NCBI GenBank assembly: GCA_964016885.1
Contig: OZ024754.1
Location: forward strand, 8,246,001 to 8,310,000
Reading direction: 5' to 3'
Length of the DNA stretch: 64,000 bases
DNA from: Eledone cirrhosa
Taxonomy: Eukaryota
Part shown: positions 30,571 to 44,573 of the stretch, one piece after another
How the letters are laid out: each line of letters starts with the position of its first letter
Position numbering within the stretch: position 1 is the stretch's first letter
Program-made: the position numbers and the translations under genes
The notes under the pieces: generated by a model
Told to the model about the DNA's origin: nothing
Database searches by the model: none
The model's input: the letters and a program-made list of their open reading frames with translations, nothing else

Positions 30571-31262
30571 TCTCTAAGTACGTAGTTCAGAGATCAGAGA
30601 GTCACCCCAGGTAGAGCCGCTACGTTTGCGAATTGATTGACCACAGCTCTGATACTGTGGTTCATGTGGTTAGAATGTTTAGGGAAAGAGTCGCTGATGA
30701 GTCACTCCATGTAGAGCCCCTACGTTTGCGAATGAATTGATCACAGCTCCGATACTATGGACATGTGGTTAGAATGGCTAGGGAAAGAATCGCTGATGAG
30801 TCATTCCATTTAGAGCCGCTACTTCTCTGAAGTGAGAGATCAAAGCTCTGATACTATGGACATGAGGTTAGAATGTCTCAGGAAAGAATCGCTGGAGTGT
30901 TGCTCCAGCTAGAGCTGCTACTTCTCTGAAGTGAGAGATCAAAGCTCTGATACTATGGACATGTGGTTAGAATGTCTCAGGAAAGAATCGCTGGAGTGTT
31001 GCTCCAGCTAGAGCCGCTACTTCTCTGGATACTATGGACATGTGGATAGAATGTGTCAGGAAGGAATCGCTGGACGGATTTTATGAGCAAAGCCAACCGT
31101 CAAGAGACCCAGGTATAGATCTACTCCGAGCAAGATGGTTGGATAACATCCATGATCTTGGCTGATCACATTTGGGGATTCAGCCAGATCAGTTGGAGAC
31201 GGTTGCTTCCGACAAGACTCGCTGGAAGGAATGTTTGAGGACTCTGCCCCCACGACCCTTTA
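30571..31262 (+). pseudogene. 3' fragment of an RTE-clade LINE with a 5x tandem amplification of a ~99-bp coding segment
   Basis: Disrupted translation VRSSEIRES..VEPL...SQLRYYGHVVRM..ERIA...AKPTVKRPR...RARWLDNIHDLG is typical of the RTE RT C-terminus; followed by a (GAAAAA)n tract to ~31523. Confidence 0.8.
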
Positions 31263-31989
31263 AAGAAAAAGAAAAAAGAAAAAAGAAAAAAGAAAAAAGA
31301 AAAAGAAAAAAAAAGAAAAAAGAAAAAGAAGACAAAAAAAGATGAAGACCAAGGACGAACAAAGAAAAAGAAGACGAAGAAAAAGAAAAAGAAAAGGAAA
31401 AAGAAGACGAAAAAAGAAGAAAAAGAAGAAAAAGAAAAAAGAAAAGAAAAAGAAAACAGAAAAAGAAAAAAGAAAAAAGAAAAAAGAAAAAAGAGAAAAG
31501 AGAAAAGAAAAAGAAGAAAAAAGATATATTAATTAATTTTGTTTGCCTGAAAGCCTGAATGGACATAAGGGTTTCTCTGAAATAGTGTGAAGAAACTATG
31601 ATGTTTGAGCTGAAAAGGTCAGTGAGTTGGATATATATGAATGAGTTAAGATAGAGTGTGGAAGTGAGAGATGGTATTTCATTTCTTTTAAAAGAAATCT
31701 AAATTAAAAAAAAATAAACGAGAAACCGTCAAAAACATCTGTAAAATAAATTGCTATAATTTAGTTTGATGTTATATTTTATCTGTATAAATGAAATATT
31801 GTATTGTAAAGTCACTAACAGAAACACTTGAGCTTCTATATCATAGACGCTCTGTCTCTTTCCTTTACCCAACCCACCCAGTCCTACTCTTCTAGTGTTG
31901 TTACAACGATCTCTGCTTGTCTCCGCTGGATAGGAAGACATTTCTTCTTTGGGGTGAGTGAGAGGCTTTCATTATGTAAACTCTCCCCG

Positions 31990-32176
31990 GGCGGTGGATT
32001 GGCAGTATCGGTCGAGGGTCGGACGCCATGCTTTCCAGCGTAGTTACGTCCCTTTACAATCTGAGTTCAAATCCCGCCGAGGTTGACTTTGCCTTTCATC
32101 CTTACGGGGTCGATAAAATAAAGTACCAGTAATGCACTGGTAATTGCTGGCCTTGTGCCTAACGTAGAAACAATTA
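31990..32176 (+). mobile_element. SINE family A (near full length)
   Basis: A box TGGCAGTATCGG, B box GAGTTCAAATCCC, core, 3' AGAAACAATTA. Confidence 0.85.
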
Positions 32177-32184
32177 TGTAAACT

Positions 32185-32348
32185 CTCCCCGTTTTGGGGC
32201 ACTTTTGTTTCAAAGTACTCCCCGTTTTGGGGCACTTTTGTTTCAAAGTACTCCCCGTTTTGGGGCACTTTTTTTCAAAGTACTCCCCGTTTTGGGGCAC
32301 TTTTGTTTCAAAGTACTCCCCGTTTCGGTTTTTAGAGGTTGGCAGGTT
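32185..32348 (-). repeat. 33-bp tandem repeat (~4 copies) inside a MITE family C end
   Basis: CTCCCCGTTTTGGGGCACTTTTGTTTCAAAGTA x4 followed by the GAGGTTGGCAGGT TIR. Confidence 0.85.
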
Positions 32349-32564
32349 TTTATATAGTATATATTGAGTTGTATTAGATAGAAGAAAGAATGGACCTCCG
32401 TCGGTTACAACAAAGAGTGTTCTAGTTGATCCAATCAACAGAACAGCCTGCTCGTGAAATTAACGTACAAATGGCTGAGCATTTCACAGACACGTGCACC
32501 CTTAACGTAGTTCTCGGGGAGATTCGGCGTGACACAGAATGCGACAAGGCTTCCCCTTCGAATT

Positions 32565-32714
32565 ACAGGTACAACTCATTTTTGCCAGCTGAGAGAACTG
32601 GAGCAACGTGAAATAAAGTGTCTTGCTCAAGGACACAGCGCGCCGCTGGGAATCGAACTCACGACCTTACGATTGTGAACCGACTTCCCTAACCACAAAG
32701 CCACGCGCCTTCAC
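32565..32714 (-). mobile_element. SINE family B
   Basis: CTGGAGCAACGTGAAATAAAGTGTCTTGCTCAAGGACAC...GGAATCGAACTC...CCACGCGCCTTCAC. Confidence 0.8.
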
Positions 32715-33057
32715 TCTGGATAGTCCCATACTATCAACATTCAGAGCGTCCCGACTCACACACCTCCCATCTCCTCGCATCAGCCATGTTTTGTCCAACA
32801 CAACAGAGCCCATATTCACCTCATACCTGCTCCTTCGTGGCCAGAACGTCGTCAGTTACCTGGTACCCTCTCACCACCACCACCACCACTATACACAGAC
32901 AGTAGTGGTGGTGGTGGTGGTAGTTGTGGTTGGACCAATGCCAACATATGTGAAGGTGTGTAGTTTAGTAGTTAGAGAGTTAGAGCGTTCGACAGTTTGA
33001 TTTCTTACTGTAACTGATGAAGTAGTCTTTAATATGCCAGGAGTCAGACTGTATGGT

Positions 33058-33371
33058 CAGACCACCCGGATTTAATGGAAACAAACGGGGAAATTGCCCC
33101 GGGATCACTGCAGTGGGGGGGGGGGGCACCAGCGATGCCCTCAGTTTAGGTTTTTTAGTTTTAGGATGGTTAGAATGTTTTTAATTTAATACCTGTATGT
33201 ATAACTTTTCAATTCAAATTATTTGCGCCAAGCTAACTTTGATATGTAAAATCGGGGGGGGGGGGGCGGTGCTGTATATTCTATTTTTTGTTGTATGAAT
33301 GTCACCCCCAACCCACACCCCTCCAAAACCTGAAGTGCCCCGGGGCCCCCCAAAGTCTAAATCCAGCCCCG
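33058..33371. mobile_element. Degenerate hAT-type MITE
   Basis: CAG...CCGGATTT / AAATCCAGCCCCG ends; 8-bp TSD TGTATGGT/AGTATGGT. Confidence 0.6.
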
Positions 33372-34491
33372 AGTATGGTTACAGCTGAAATAACTGCTGG
33401 GTGATAAAACCTCTATATACAGAAAGAGACATTAAGCTGGTGACGTCATTAGTGGAATGCTAATCAAGAGATGTAATTAAGATAAACTAAAATACACGTT
33501 TAAAACGATTGCTTAATTACATGTGGAAACATAAAATACCACAATTAAAATGTTTAATTAAACCGCCAAACTATATCTAAATAAATAACCGTCGGGTTAT
33601 ATTTAATTAAACTCCCAACAGCTTGTACTTAATTAAAACAGTAATCACTAATTAATCCCAGTCCTTTATTTAATTAAACCGGCAGTCTTTAATTAAACTA
33701 TCAATATATCAATTAAGCCGTGACAAACATATGTAATTAAAGCTGCAGTCTCTAATAAAACTATCAATACATTAAGCCGTCACAAATATATGTAATTAAA
33801 CCACCAGTCTCTAATGAATTAAACCATCTAAATATTAATTAAACCGTCACAAATATATGTAATTAAAGGGGCAGTCCCTAAACAATTAAAAATTTATAGT
33901 ATACTGATTAAACCTTTAGTCTTTATTTAATCAAATCGTCGGACTACAATTAATTAAACCGTTACAAAATACTCAATAAAGCAACGAAACACCTTAATTA
34001 AGCACTCACCGTATAATTAAGAAAATTAACAAAGGGATGACAAGACAATGAACGGAAACAAAACAAAATGAAAAACAATTTTTTAAGGAAAAAACCATAA
34101 TTTCTTTTTTTATATATTAATATACAAACAAAGGACACAGAATTCCATGGTCATCGGCCGTTGAGAGGGATTTGGGCAGTTTCGACCCCTACCAACGGTA
34201 GTGCTGATTCACCCTGGGTCACAGCGCCTGACATACGCCAAACGCTGTCTAAAGGAGTGAGAGACGAAAGACAAAACATTAATTTAGAGCCATTGAGCTA
34301 TAAATAATTAAGCCGAGGTTTAACTAAACTGACAGAATATACCTAATTAAACAATAGTTTTAATTAAACCGTTGTAATATAGATAGATCGATAGATAGAT
34401 ATATGTAAAAGGTAATCTGAAATAACAACACAATCGGTACAGTATGTGGAAGGGATATATTAGGTTAACGCTTGAAATAGCAGGAAGAGGG

Positions 34492-34527
34492 TCTTAACGT
34501 TTCGGACGTTAGTCCTTCGTCAGAAGA
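34492..34527 (-). ncRNA. Minimal Penelope-type hammerhead candidate
   Basis: Reverse complement TCTT-CTGACGA-A-GGAC-TAAC-GTCC-GAAA-CGTT-AAGA with palindromic AACGTT. Confidence 0.65.
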
Positions 34528-35182
34528 AAGAATAAGAATCAGAAATAAGAAAGATTGAAGGGACGGGCGGGGTGGAAGTGGAAAAAATATCTTTAGATAT
34601 ATATTTATTTATTTTAACCTTTTGTCCTTTACTTAAACATTCACTACATATTTCATTATATATTTAATAACTATTTCGTCCAACTCTACTTAATTAACAA
34701 TATACTCATTAAAATCCCCAGTCTGTATTTAATTACTGATATTATTTAAACGATATATTCAATTAATGATCTATTTATTTTAAATGCTAGTCCATATTTA
34801 ATTAACTGTTAGTATATTTTTAATGAAACTCTCAGTATATATTCATTTAACCGCCACAAAAAATAAGTAAACCTTTAGAATATATTGATTAAAACAGCGG
34901 CCTACATTTAATTCGAGTGCTACATTATTTTAATTACATCGTTAAGATGTCAAGTTTTTGTGGAATAAGATATATTTATAACTTACTGGTCTGCTTTCTG
35001 ATTTCCAATGATTGATACATTCTACCTAATCTTTCCATAGTGTAACATCGGAATTGACTGAAATAGATGCTGCTATGTTTCCATATCAAGACCTCTAATT
35101 CTCAACTTGGAATCCACTGATTCTTGGGGGGGTCCACAAGGGAAGCACTGGGGTTCAATGAACTAAGCTCAAAATGTCAATT

Positions 35183-35425
35183 ACTACTACTCACTACTAC
35201 TTTGACGCTAAACTCCGCTAGTTGCAGACTGCGCATCAACATGAGATATTTTTCTCCACAAAGTTCGATCATCAGCAGTAGAGTTTAAAGAGCAGGAATA
35301 AATCATTGAGAAATCAATAGAATTCAACAACCCCGTGCACATCACCTTCATTGACTTCACAAAAGCTTTTGACAACGTGAAACTACCCAGCTTGTGGCAA
35401 CTCTTAAACAAGCCCGCAGTTAACA
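35183..35425. pseudogene. RTE-like LINE relic: RT fragment (plus) joined to a probable 3' end (minus)
   Basis: Plus strand IIEKSIEFNNPVHITFIDFTKAFDNVK..LWQLL (FIDFxKAFD RT motif); minus strand ADDRTLWRK followed by a GTAGTA tail. Confidence 0.7.
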
Positions 35426-36581
35426 AAAAAATGTCAACTAGTATTAACATACGCACACTAGTAGATACTTATTCTCCTCTATCTATAAATACTTCTCTCG
35501 TTCGATTGTTAACATAGACGTATAACAATCTGCGAGGAGAATGATTGTAACAGGGGTGAGTGTGGGAAAGTCCATTTAAATAAAAGGGGTCCTAGGTAGT
35601 GAAAAGTTTGAGAAGGTCGATCTAGATCGTGTAGTTTTCATCGGTTGAGTCTACGTGGCATTGAGTAATTTCTGTTGTTGGTAGAGTTCATTAAGGTAAA
35701 GAGTAACAATACTGTACAATTATCAAATATTTCCTTCGTTTACACAGGCATGACTATGAGGTTCGTTAGGAGTAAAGGGTAATAATTGTTTCTACTTTTG
35801 GCACAAGGCCAACAATTACCTCCAGTGCATTACTGGTACTTTGTTTTATTGACCCCGTAAGGATGAAAAGCAAAATTAACCTCGGCGGGATTTGAATTCA
35901 TATATATATATATTAAAATAGTGAGAAGGGTACACGTGTCTGTACATAACTCTTACATAACAATTACAGGTTAATTTCATAAGCGGGTTGTTCAATTAAT
36001 GGAAATACTTGAAGACTCGTCGTCGAAACAGACGAGGTCCATTCCATTGAAATAACCGTTGATTGAGATGAGGTTGAATTGTAAATCTCACCAAGTCTGA
36101 ATCCTCCTCCCCCACCTTTCTTTCACAGCCAATAAAGCACGTATAATTGTATAGATGTCCTGCTATTAAATTTCCTTCTTTCTATCGCAATGGCTGTTGA
36201 TTTATGATTTGAAAATAATAATTAAACAATTCACTGTCGCAGTGATGATTTAATTGTAGCTTTGCATGGGATTTCAAAAGAAAAGAACAAGAAATGGTAT
36301 TCTTTACAAATACCTATAATTTCTTAGAAAGTTCGAGATCTGACGTCGATGATGTAACCGACTATCAAAGAGACTAACACAAGATGTGTGGTATACTAGT
36401 TAAAGTGTTCGGCCCACGGTCCTATGGGTGTGCAGATTTCTCAACTCTACTCGTCCTATGGGTAGATCTCCCACCCACTTTGGGTGGATGAGAGATGTCT
36501 CCTCTTGTGAAAATCGTTATAGCTTTCATTAGGTAAAATCTCCCCATTTTGCATCATTTCTACCCGTTTTGAGGCACCTTT

Positions 36582-36722
36582 GTGAAGGCGCATGGCATAG
36601 TGGTTAGAACATTGGGCTTGCAATGGAAAGGTTGTGAGTTCGATTCCCGGGCCGCGTGAAGTGTTGTGTCCTTGAGCAAGACACTTTATTTCACGTTGTT
36701 ACTCAGCTGTAGAAATGAGTTG
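36582..36722 (+). mobile_element. SINE family B
   Basis: TGGCATAGTGG A box, GAGTTCGATTCC B box, GTCCTTGAGCAAGACACTTTATTTCACG. Confidence 0.85.
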
Positions 36723-37613
36723 CGTTCCTGCCAAATCAATGGATGGCAGTAGTGACAGCTGCACACATCAAAAGACTGGTGTAGTGGTTCTGAGAACAAT
36801 GCGGCTTTGCAGATGATCAATGCAAATTAACAATGGAAAGGCGCTCCCGCTCGAGTTAGAAGAGAACTATTGACCTTCAGGAGAAGCAGCGACCCCTGAT
36901 TGTATTCAGCAACCGAAACAAATATGAAGTACACCAAATCCAATGCTCCTAGGAGCGGCCCTGGTTCTTCTTATTTGCGAGTGTAAACTCAGCCAGATTA
37001 GATTAGATTGGGGCACTTTTTTTCATGGTACTCCCCGTTTGGGTATTTTAGAGGTTGTCAGGTTTGCGTGTGTGTGGAAATCACAATAACTTGCGCGGTG
37101 ATCTGTCGAGCCGACTATTCCGTTGTACAAACAACTGAAAGACTCATCGTTAGAACTGACGGATGTCCAATCCAACCCAACGCAATCCAACACAATGTCC
37201 CTATTAAAGAGTCGTCCCTGCTGACGTGTCTTACAAATGAATTGAATCTGGAGAGAAAAAAAGCCATATATTATTACGTAGTATTTTCACATATATTACC
37301 AAGAGGCTGGTTTTGTAACAGTCTAAACAATTATAGACAGCAGTACCTTAAATACACACAATTCCCCATGGACTGACGTTTCACAACTTTTTTCATACAC
37401 AGAAAGACATTGTAAATATGTTTTACTCAATATTAGTCTCAATGAATAAATGCTCGTAAATATTATATTTATATGTCGAAGTATATAATGGAAACTTTTC
37501 ACAAAGGACAATATTCATTCACCGATAATATCAAGCAGCAGATAATGGTTTCTGATTTAGGCACAAGGCCAGTTTTTGGTCACGTTTTACGAAACATATA
37601 TCCCATGATATAT

Positions 37614-37875
37614 GTGAAAGCTCATGGCTTAGTGGTTAGAGCATTGGGCTTGCAATCGAAAGGTTGTGAGTTCAATTCTCGGACCAGGTGAGCAAGACAC
37701 TTTATTTCACGTTGCTCCAGTTTGCTCAGCTGTAGAAATGAGATGAAGAGGTACTGGCCTGCCCGCCCAGCCAATGGGATGGCGTTATCTTATGGCTAAA
37801 CCAGCACGACGTGCTGTGACCAGCGGTGCCGAATGGACGCCCGACAGACTGGTCGGTCAAGGTGATCAAGGTGAT
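37614..37875 (+). mobile_element. SINE family B (internally deleted)
   Basis: Head and 3' end both match 54817-55230. Confidence 0.8.
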
Positions 37876-38146
37876 ATCCCATGATATTGTATAGAAATTC
37901 GTCTGGAAATTCCTTAATTACTATAAATAATTGTTTCTAATTTTGGCACAAGTCCAGCAATTACTCCCAGTGTATTACTGGTACTTTATTTTATCGACCT
38001 CGTAAGGATGAAAGGCAAAGTTAACCTCGGCAGGATTTGAATTCAGACCATAAAGGGAAGTGTCTGAGTTCAAATGCTGCCGATGTTAACTTTGCCTTTT
38101 CGGGGTCGATAAATAGGTAAAACTAACTTCGGCGGGATTTGAACTC

Positions 38147-38270
38147 TCCAAACGAGACCAGCCAAACTCATGGATGTTATCCAACCATCTTACTCGGGGT
38201 CTACCACTGGGTGTCTTGCCGGTTGATTTTTGCCCGTACAATCTGTCCAGCGATTCTTTCCTAACACATT
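38147..38270 (-). pseudogene. RTE LINE fragment, same family as 30571-31262
   Basis: Reverse complement includes GAAAGAATCGCTGGACAGATT and AAGATGGTTGGATAACATCCATGA. Confidence 0.7.
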
Positions 38271-38864
38271 AATTTCACGGGCAGACTCTTCCGTTGAGTG
38301 GAAAACTGGAACACTCGTCTTCGAAACTGACGGAGGTCCGTTCCAATTTCTTGCATCTAGAGCAACACCGTAGATGTTTAGACAAATATAGTCCTCACCA
38401 CTGAGAAGACAAATAAACCGGAGTGGGGGGAAGGGGAGAAATGGGAGGAGGGAAATAAATGTAACTAGAGTTAAAACAAGGAAAATAAAAACTAGAAAGA
38501 TGATACAAAGCAGAAAAGATAGTAAAAGCGACTAAGTGTTTTAATCAGACGCTGTTTATAACGGGTTCTATAAAAATAGATTTAGATTTATTTCTGTGGT
38601 GGCTGCTGGATTCAGGAGAGAACGTTTCGCCGCCATTTTTGTTTTATATTTTTTTTTCATTTAACCATCTCTAATGTCAGTTACAATGAATGCAAAGCCT
38701 TGAGATATATTATTTTATGTACCCCAAAACTTTTCTCTCTGTAACTTTTCTCTATACATGTATGTATGTATGTATATATGTATGAATATTATGTATGTAG
38801 AGATGTTTGAAAATCAGCACATATATATATATATATATACATGTATATACAGATATATGTAGAG

Positions 38865-38931
<67 letters not shown>

Positions 38932-39279
38932 TCACACAAGTTTTTACCAACTAACGCTAGGATCAATAATATTGAGTTACATAACTGCTATTGATTAGGT
39001 AACATATCGATAATATCATGGTTCATTCAACTTTTGAAGCGATCGTAAGACATTGAACTAATGAACCACTAAACCTCGTCTTCTTTGTTTTTGTTGTTCA
39101 ACCTATATATATATATATTTGATATATCTCATATGAAATGATACAGCCAATTCTCCACACAATACAATATAGTTAGCACCCCGAATGTTTAATTAGGAAT
39201 ATACTCAGATATTTCCTAATGTTTGTTGAGTGAGTTGGAATTTGGCCGGAGTATCGCTATTAGCTTTCTCCGTTTATGT

Positions 39280-39325
<46 letters not shown>

Positions 39326-39379
39326 CGTTTCTGAATTTGTTTAGCAAGATTCTTTATCTGAAATCGTGTGTTGAAACCG

Positions 39380-39619
39380 ATATTGTTATACTTTGGGAGG
39401 GTCATGTTGCCAATAAGAAACACACGCACCAGTTGCTTTCACTTCAATTTATTATATATTTATAAATTTATAAATTTACAAATATATAACCAACCAACCA
39501 ACCAGAAATTTATAGGTTTGTAGATTTGTAAATTTATAAATTTATAAATATATAATAAATTGAAGTGAAAGCAACTGGTGCGTGTGTTTCTTATTGGCAA
39601 CATGACCCTCCCAAAGTAT

Positions 39620-39627
<8 letters not shown>
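39380..39627. repeat. Inverted duplication (~110-bp arms) in a TA-flanked element
   Basis: ATATTGTTATACTTTGGGAGGGTCATGTTGCC... mirrored by ...GGCAACATGACCCTCCCAAAGTATAACAATAT. Confidence 0.9.
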
Positions 39628-39668
<41 letters not shown>

Positions 39669-39672
<4 letters not shown>

Positions 39673-40003
39673 AAAGTTCTATTTAAATTGTTGGGATACA
39701 ACAAGCAAATATTTTTATAACTGATATAAAGCACTCAACAAATAATTGGAGTAAAAATACGATATTAACAAATGGAAACTATATTTATAAAACCATATTT
39801 ATTTCATTATACATATTTCAAGGACACCAAGTTAAATTATGGTGTGCTATAAAATATAATATAGAGCAGTTTTATAAATAAATATTGACATACCCTTAAA
39901 TAATGCAACCATTACTGTTGGAAGCTCCCGGATAGTGGAGTTATATCTTTAATTATACTATTAGGTAAGTTAGTATTGGATATTTTTAAATAAGCCGTTG
40001 GGT
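39669..40003 (-). mobile_element. Diverged copy of the 46532-46944 element (hammerhead core lost)
   Basis: Colinear similarity over ~250 bp. Confidence 0.7.
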
Positions 40004-40243
40004 TATATATATATAGTTTTGCGAGGTTTTTGATATGAAATCGTGTGTCAAACAAATATTGTTATACTTGGGGAGGGTCATATTTGTGTAATATTGCCCA
40101 GTCAATGGCAACATTGAGGACCGAATAAATTAAATTAACCGATATAAAAGACACAGAAGCGAAAAGCGAAAACCAACCAAACAGTGAGTGTGTTCTGTTA
40201 TTAATTCTGGCAATGTTACACAAATATGACCCTCCCCAAGTAT

Positions 40244-40310
<67 letters not shown>

Positions 40311-40546
40311 GAGGAAAATGCGAAATTGTAGATGTTACACAGTCCTTCATTAATAAACCTCTGATACATATTTCAAAGACGATCGTAGCCACTAGATATT
40401 ATCTAACCATTCACAGCGTGATCTCATCAGACAGCAACGTTAAGTAAAAAGGTTAGCCTTCCGAAGCAGTCCAGACTAAGATGCAAGGGAACGGACAAAA
40501 TATTATGTTTTTGTTGTGATTGTCCGTTCCCTCTATGTGTATACAT

Positions 40547-40611
<65 letters not shown>

Positions 40612-40769
40612 ACCTATATATATATGTATGTATGTATATGTAAACACTCTACACATGTTCCTGTGGGTTCCGCAGTGGGCCCAAATCACACGCCTAAATT
40701 CTGATTGAATAATTATGAGTGCATATATTTTATGGACGACAGTAACATATAGACGCAGGGACTTTGTGC

Positions 40770-40874
<105 letters not shown>

Positions 40875-41275
40875 GTGTGTTGAAAAGCATGTTTACAACA
40901 CGCTGCTACCCAAGTAACTAATATAAAACTCACAGAACTGATGTAAAAAGGGTTGGGTTCACCGTTCGTGTTTTTTCCCTCTTTAATATATATGGAAATA
41001 TGAATACATACTTATTCACCACATGAACACATGTAGACAGAGTCATGTATCTGACATGTTCTCAGTAGGATGTTGATAGTACAATGTTGCTTTTGGCAAC
41101 ATAGACCAAGATGTCGTCTATAATATAGAACTTTACACTCTACATAAACAGCCACATAGTCGGCTGTGGAATTATTTTGATATTAATGCTTATTAACACA
41201 CCCTGTGATTAACCAAAAATATTGTTCTGACACAACTACGAGCATACGCTAATATAGATACACACAAACAAGCAT

Positions 41276-41347
<72 letters not shown>

Positions 41348-41432
41348 ATATATTTATATATATATATATATATATTTCGGGAGGGTCATATTGTTATAAT
41401 ATTGCCAGAAATAATAATATCAAAAACCTTGC

Positions 41433-41558
<126 letters not shown>

Positions 41559-41704
41559 AATATATATATATATATATATACAAATATATATATATATATA
41601 TACAAATATATATATATATATACAAATATATATATATATATATACACACATATATATATATATACATACAGATACATATATATGCATACATACACACACA
41701 CACT

Positions 41705-41779
<75 letters not shown>

Positions 41780-41978
41780 TTATATATATTATATATATAT
41801 ATATACATACAAATATATATATATATATATATCTACATACACATACCTATATATACATACACATACATATAGATACATACATATATATATATACATACAC
41901 ATGTGTATATATATATATTTATATATTGATAGATATTTATATGTATACATATATATATATATATGTGTGTATGTGTGT

Positions 41979-42024
<46 letters not shown>

Positions 42025-42449
42025 GTGTGTGTGTGTATTTATATACATATATATGTGTGTATTTGTATGAATGTGTATCTCCCCACTCAGCATGTGACGT
42101 AGTCTTCCCAGACAGTGGTATATTCCGTTAGTGTTGTTAATACGTCACGTCCTCAGACGGAGATATTTGATATGAGTTATAAATACTGTAAAACAGAGTA
42201 CAATATTAATGATATATAACAAGAAAAACAAAATAGAGAGGAAGTTACATCATATATTTCCCTCGGTTATTTCGGTAAACATACTCTCATGTCTTCTATA
42301 AACGTTATGTTGAATTATGGTGCAAAATTGCCATTATAGAATATATATAGTATATGTGACTGAGTGTATGTTTACTTTTTCGTGAAAATTTAACAAATGG
42401 CCTTATAGCAGCTAGAAACTCACACAAGTGTATATATAGAGAGAGAGAG

Positions 42450-42778
42450 AAAAAGAGATGAAATCGAAAATGCAACTGGAGTCTTATTTTTTTTTTAAAT
42501 ATATATATTTATTTGGTTCCTTTACCGGTTTCGCAGTTCTTCTGCTTTTCAAAAGGTGAGTTGAGATGGAGGGTCTGTGGTTTTTCTCAGACCCTCCATC
42601 TCAACTCACCTTTTGAAAAGCAGAAGAACTGCGAAACCGGTAAAGGAACCAAATAAATATATATATTTTTTTTTTAAATAAGACTCCAGTTGCATTTTCG
42701 ATTTCATCTCTTTTTCTTTATACTTTCACTCGTGTAGGACACCTCGGTTATTTTTCATTTTGTAAAAAAAAACCTCAC

Positions 42779-42785
<7 letters not shown>
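42450..42785. mobile_element. Penelope-like terminus with 128-bp inverted arms carrying back-to-back hammerheads
   Basis: Arms 42450-42577 and 42588-42716 with a 10-nt spacer; (GA)n/(TA)n flanks. Confidence 0.8.
42609..42646 (+). ncRNA. Minimal type I hammerhead, U3-A8 variant (identical copy on minus strand at 42519-42556)
   Basis: CCTT-TTGAAAA-GCAG-AAGAA-CTGC-GAAA-CCGG-TA-AAGG. Confidence 0.8.
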
Positions 42786-42818
<33 letters not shown>

Positions 42819-43174
42819 GAAAAAATTACGAAAGAGAATACAGACTGTTAGAACATGTTTATACATTAAGCACTTACGTACGTTTCACCCGAAAAGGGCT
42901 TCTGAAGGGCATTCAATGCTAGAGAGTGTTCAATACAGAACCCAGAAGGGGTTTTAAAAGGATAACCACATCGGAGTTCATGTTTCTCTCAAACAGACAT
43001 GGCTGTTTGCCTGCAAACAGCCATGCTCTCTTTATATCTCGCCCACTAAATATTAACGCTTCCGATATTTAATCCTGTAGCACAAGTATTGAGTACAAAT
43101 GCACCAGCTTATGGCAACTAACTATATGTATCGCTTATCCCTATAAACCTTCTACTCTCTCGCGATACTAAAAT

Positions 43175-43430
<256 letters not shown>

Positions 43431-43446
43431 TATATATATATATATA

Positions 43447-43489
<43 letters not shown>

Positions 43490-43598
43490 AATGGCTTCAA
43501 CAGGACTAGAACTGTTTCATTTGGGAGAAATCATCAGGAACCTATGTACTGAGAACCTTACTTACTGTGGTTACCCCCGATTGAACCCGTTTAAAACT
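43490..43598. mobile_element. Family G copy with a minus-strand hammerhead inverted relative to its 3' tail
   Basis: Reverse complement GGTTC-CTGATGA-TTTCTCCCAAAT-GAAA-CAG-TTCTAGTC-CTG-TT-GAAGCC. Confidence 0.65.
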
Positions 43599-43615
43599 TA
43601 TATATATATATAAGA

Positions 43616-43653
<38 letters not shown>

Positions 43654-43773
43654 TGTGATTATATATATACATATTCATATATAAGTACGCATCCTAAAAA
43701 GGACCACGGGTCTCTCAGCCCCAGTGGGCTCACCACGCACTTAAGACACCTAACTGAGTATTACTATATTCCA

Positions 43774-43830
<57 letters not shown>

Positions 43831-43838
<8 letters not shown>

Positions 43839-43996
43839 CCTCAAATCTATGGCTGTACATATAGTGATCCTAAATCTATGGCTGTACATATAGTGACCCT
43901 AAATCTATGGCTGTACATATAGTGACCCTAAATCTATGGATGTACATATAGTGACCCTAAATCTATGGCTGTACATATAGTGACCCTAAATCTATG
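43831..43996. repeat. 29-bp minisatellite, ~5.5 copies
   Basis: ATATAGTGACCCTAAATCTATGGCTGTAC. Confidence 0.95.
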
Positions 43997-44573
43997 TTTT
44001 TATTAACTTTTCACAGTTACGACCCTAAATCTATGTCTGTATGGACGTTTCAAAGTCACAACAACATCTATGTGGTGTGTGTGTATGTGTGTGTGTTTGT
44101 GTGTAGTGTGTGTGTATTTGTGTGTGTATTTGTGTTTGTGTGTGTGTGGTGTGTGTATTTGTGTGTACGTGTGTGTGTGTGCGGTGTATGTATTGGTGTG
44201 TATTTATGTATGTGTTTGTGTATATGTGTATTGTGTGTGTTCGTGTGAGATGTGCACATATTTCTCACACCAAATTAATGCATTCATAACATAAATCAAT
44301 ATCTCGCACGAAAGACAACTTAATGAATCGAACTAAAATCGATTGAGGTATATTTAGTAAATATTCATATCTTCTATAGGTTACCGAGATAGAAAAGGTG
44401 AACCACAAATTACTGAAATGTTATGAAACTTTTTTTAAAACAAAACATATTGTAATTATATGTGTTCCAATATTACTTGAGAGAAATATATTGACATTTA
44501 TTCACCGTTACTTAATAAACGACCTCCATTTTCTGATAAAGTATTATTAGATGTTATTTATTTACTCTTATAA

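Noticed and set aside
30104-31566. ER-/K-rich and F/S-rich ORFs
   Set aside because: Translations of polypurine simple repeats
36582-36660. tRNA gene-like A/B boxes
   Set aside because: These are heads of multi-copy SINEs; no complete cloverleaf
38578-38640. Minus-strand AAAATGGCGGCG start/YY1-like motif
   Set aside because: Frame stops after 22 codons with no good splice donor; a single motif is insufficient evidence
40361-40434. Minus-strand CTGATGA...GAAA-TATG-TA motif
   Set aside because: Stem I is only 3 bp with a mismatch and the stem II base is unpaired; not supportable as a feature
42865-42912. Minus-strand GAAA-CGTACG-TA with CCC/GGG stem
   Set aside because: CUGANGA half not recognisable
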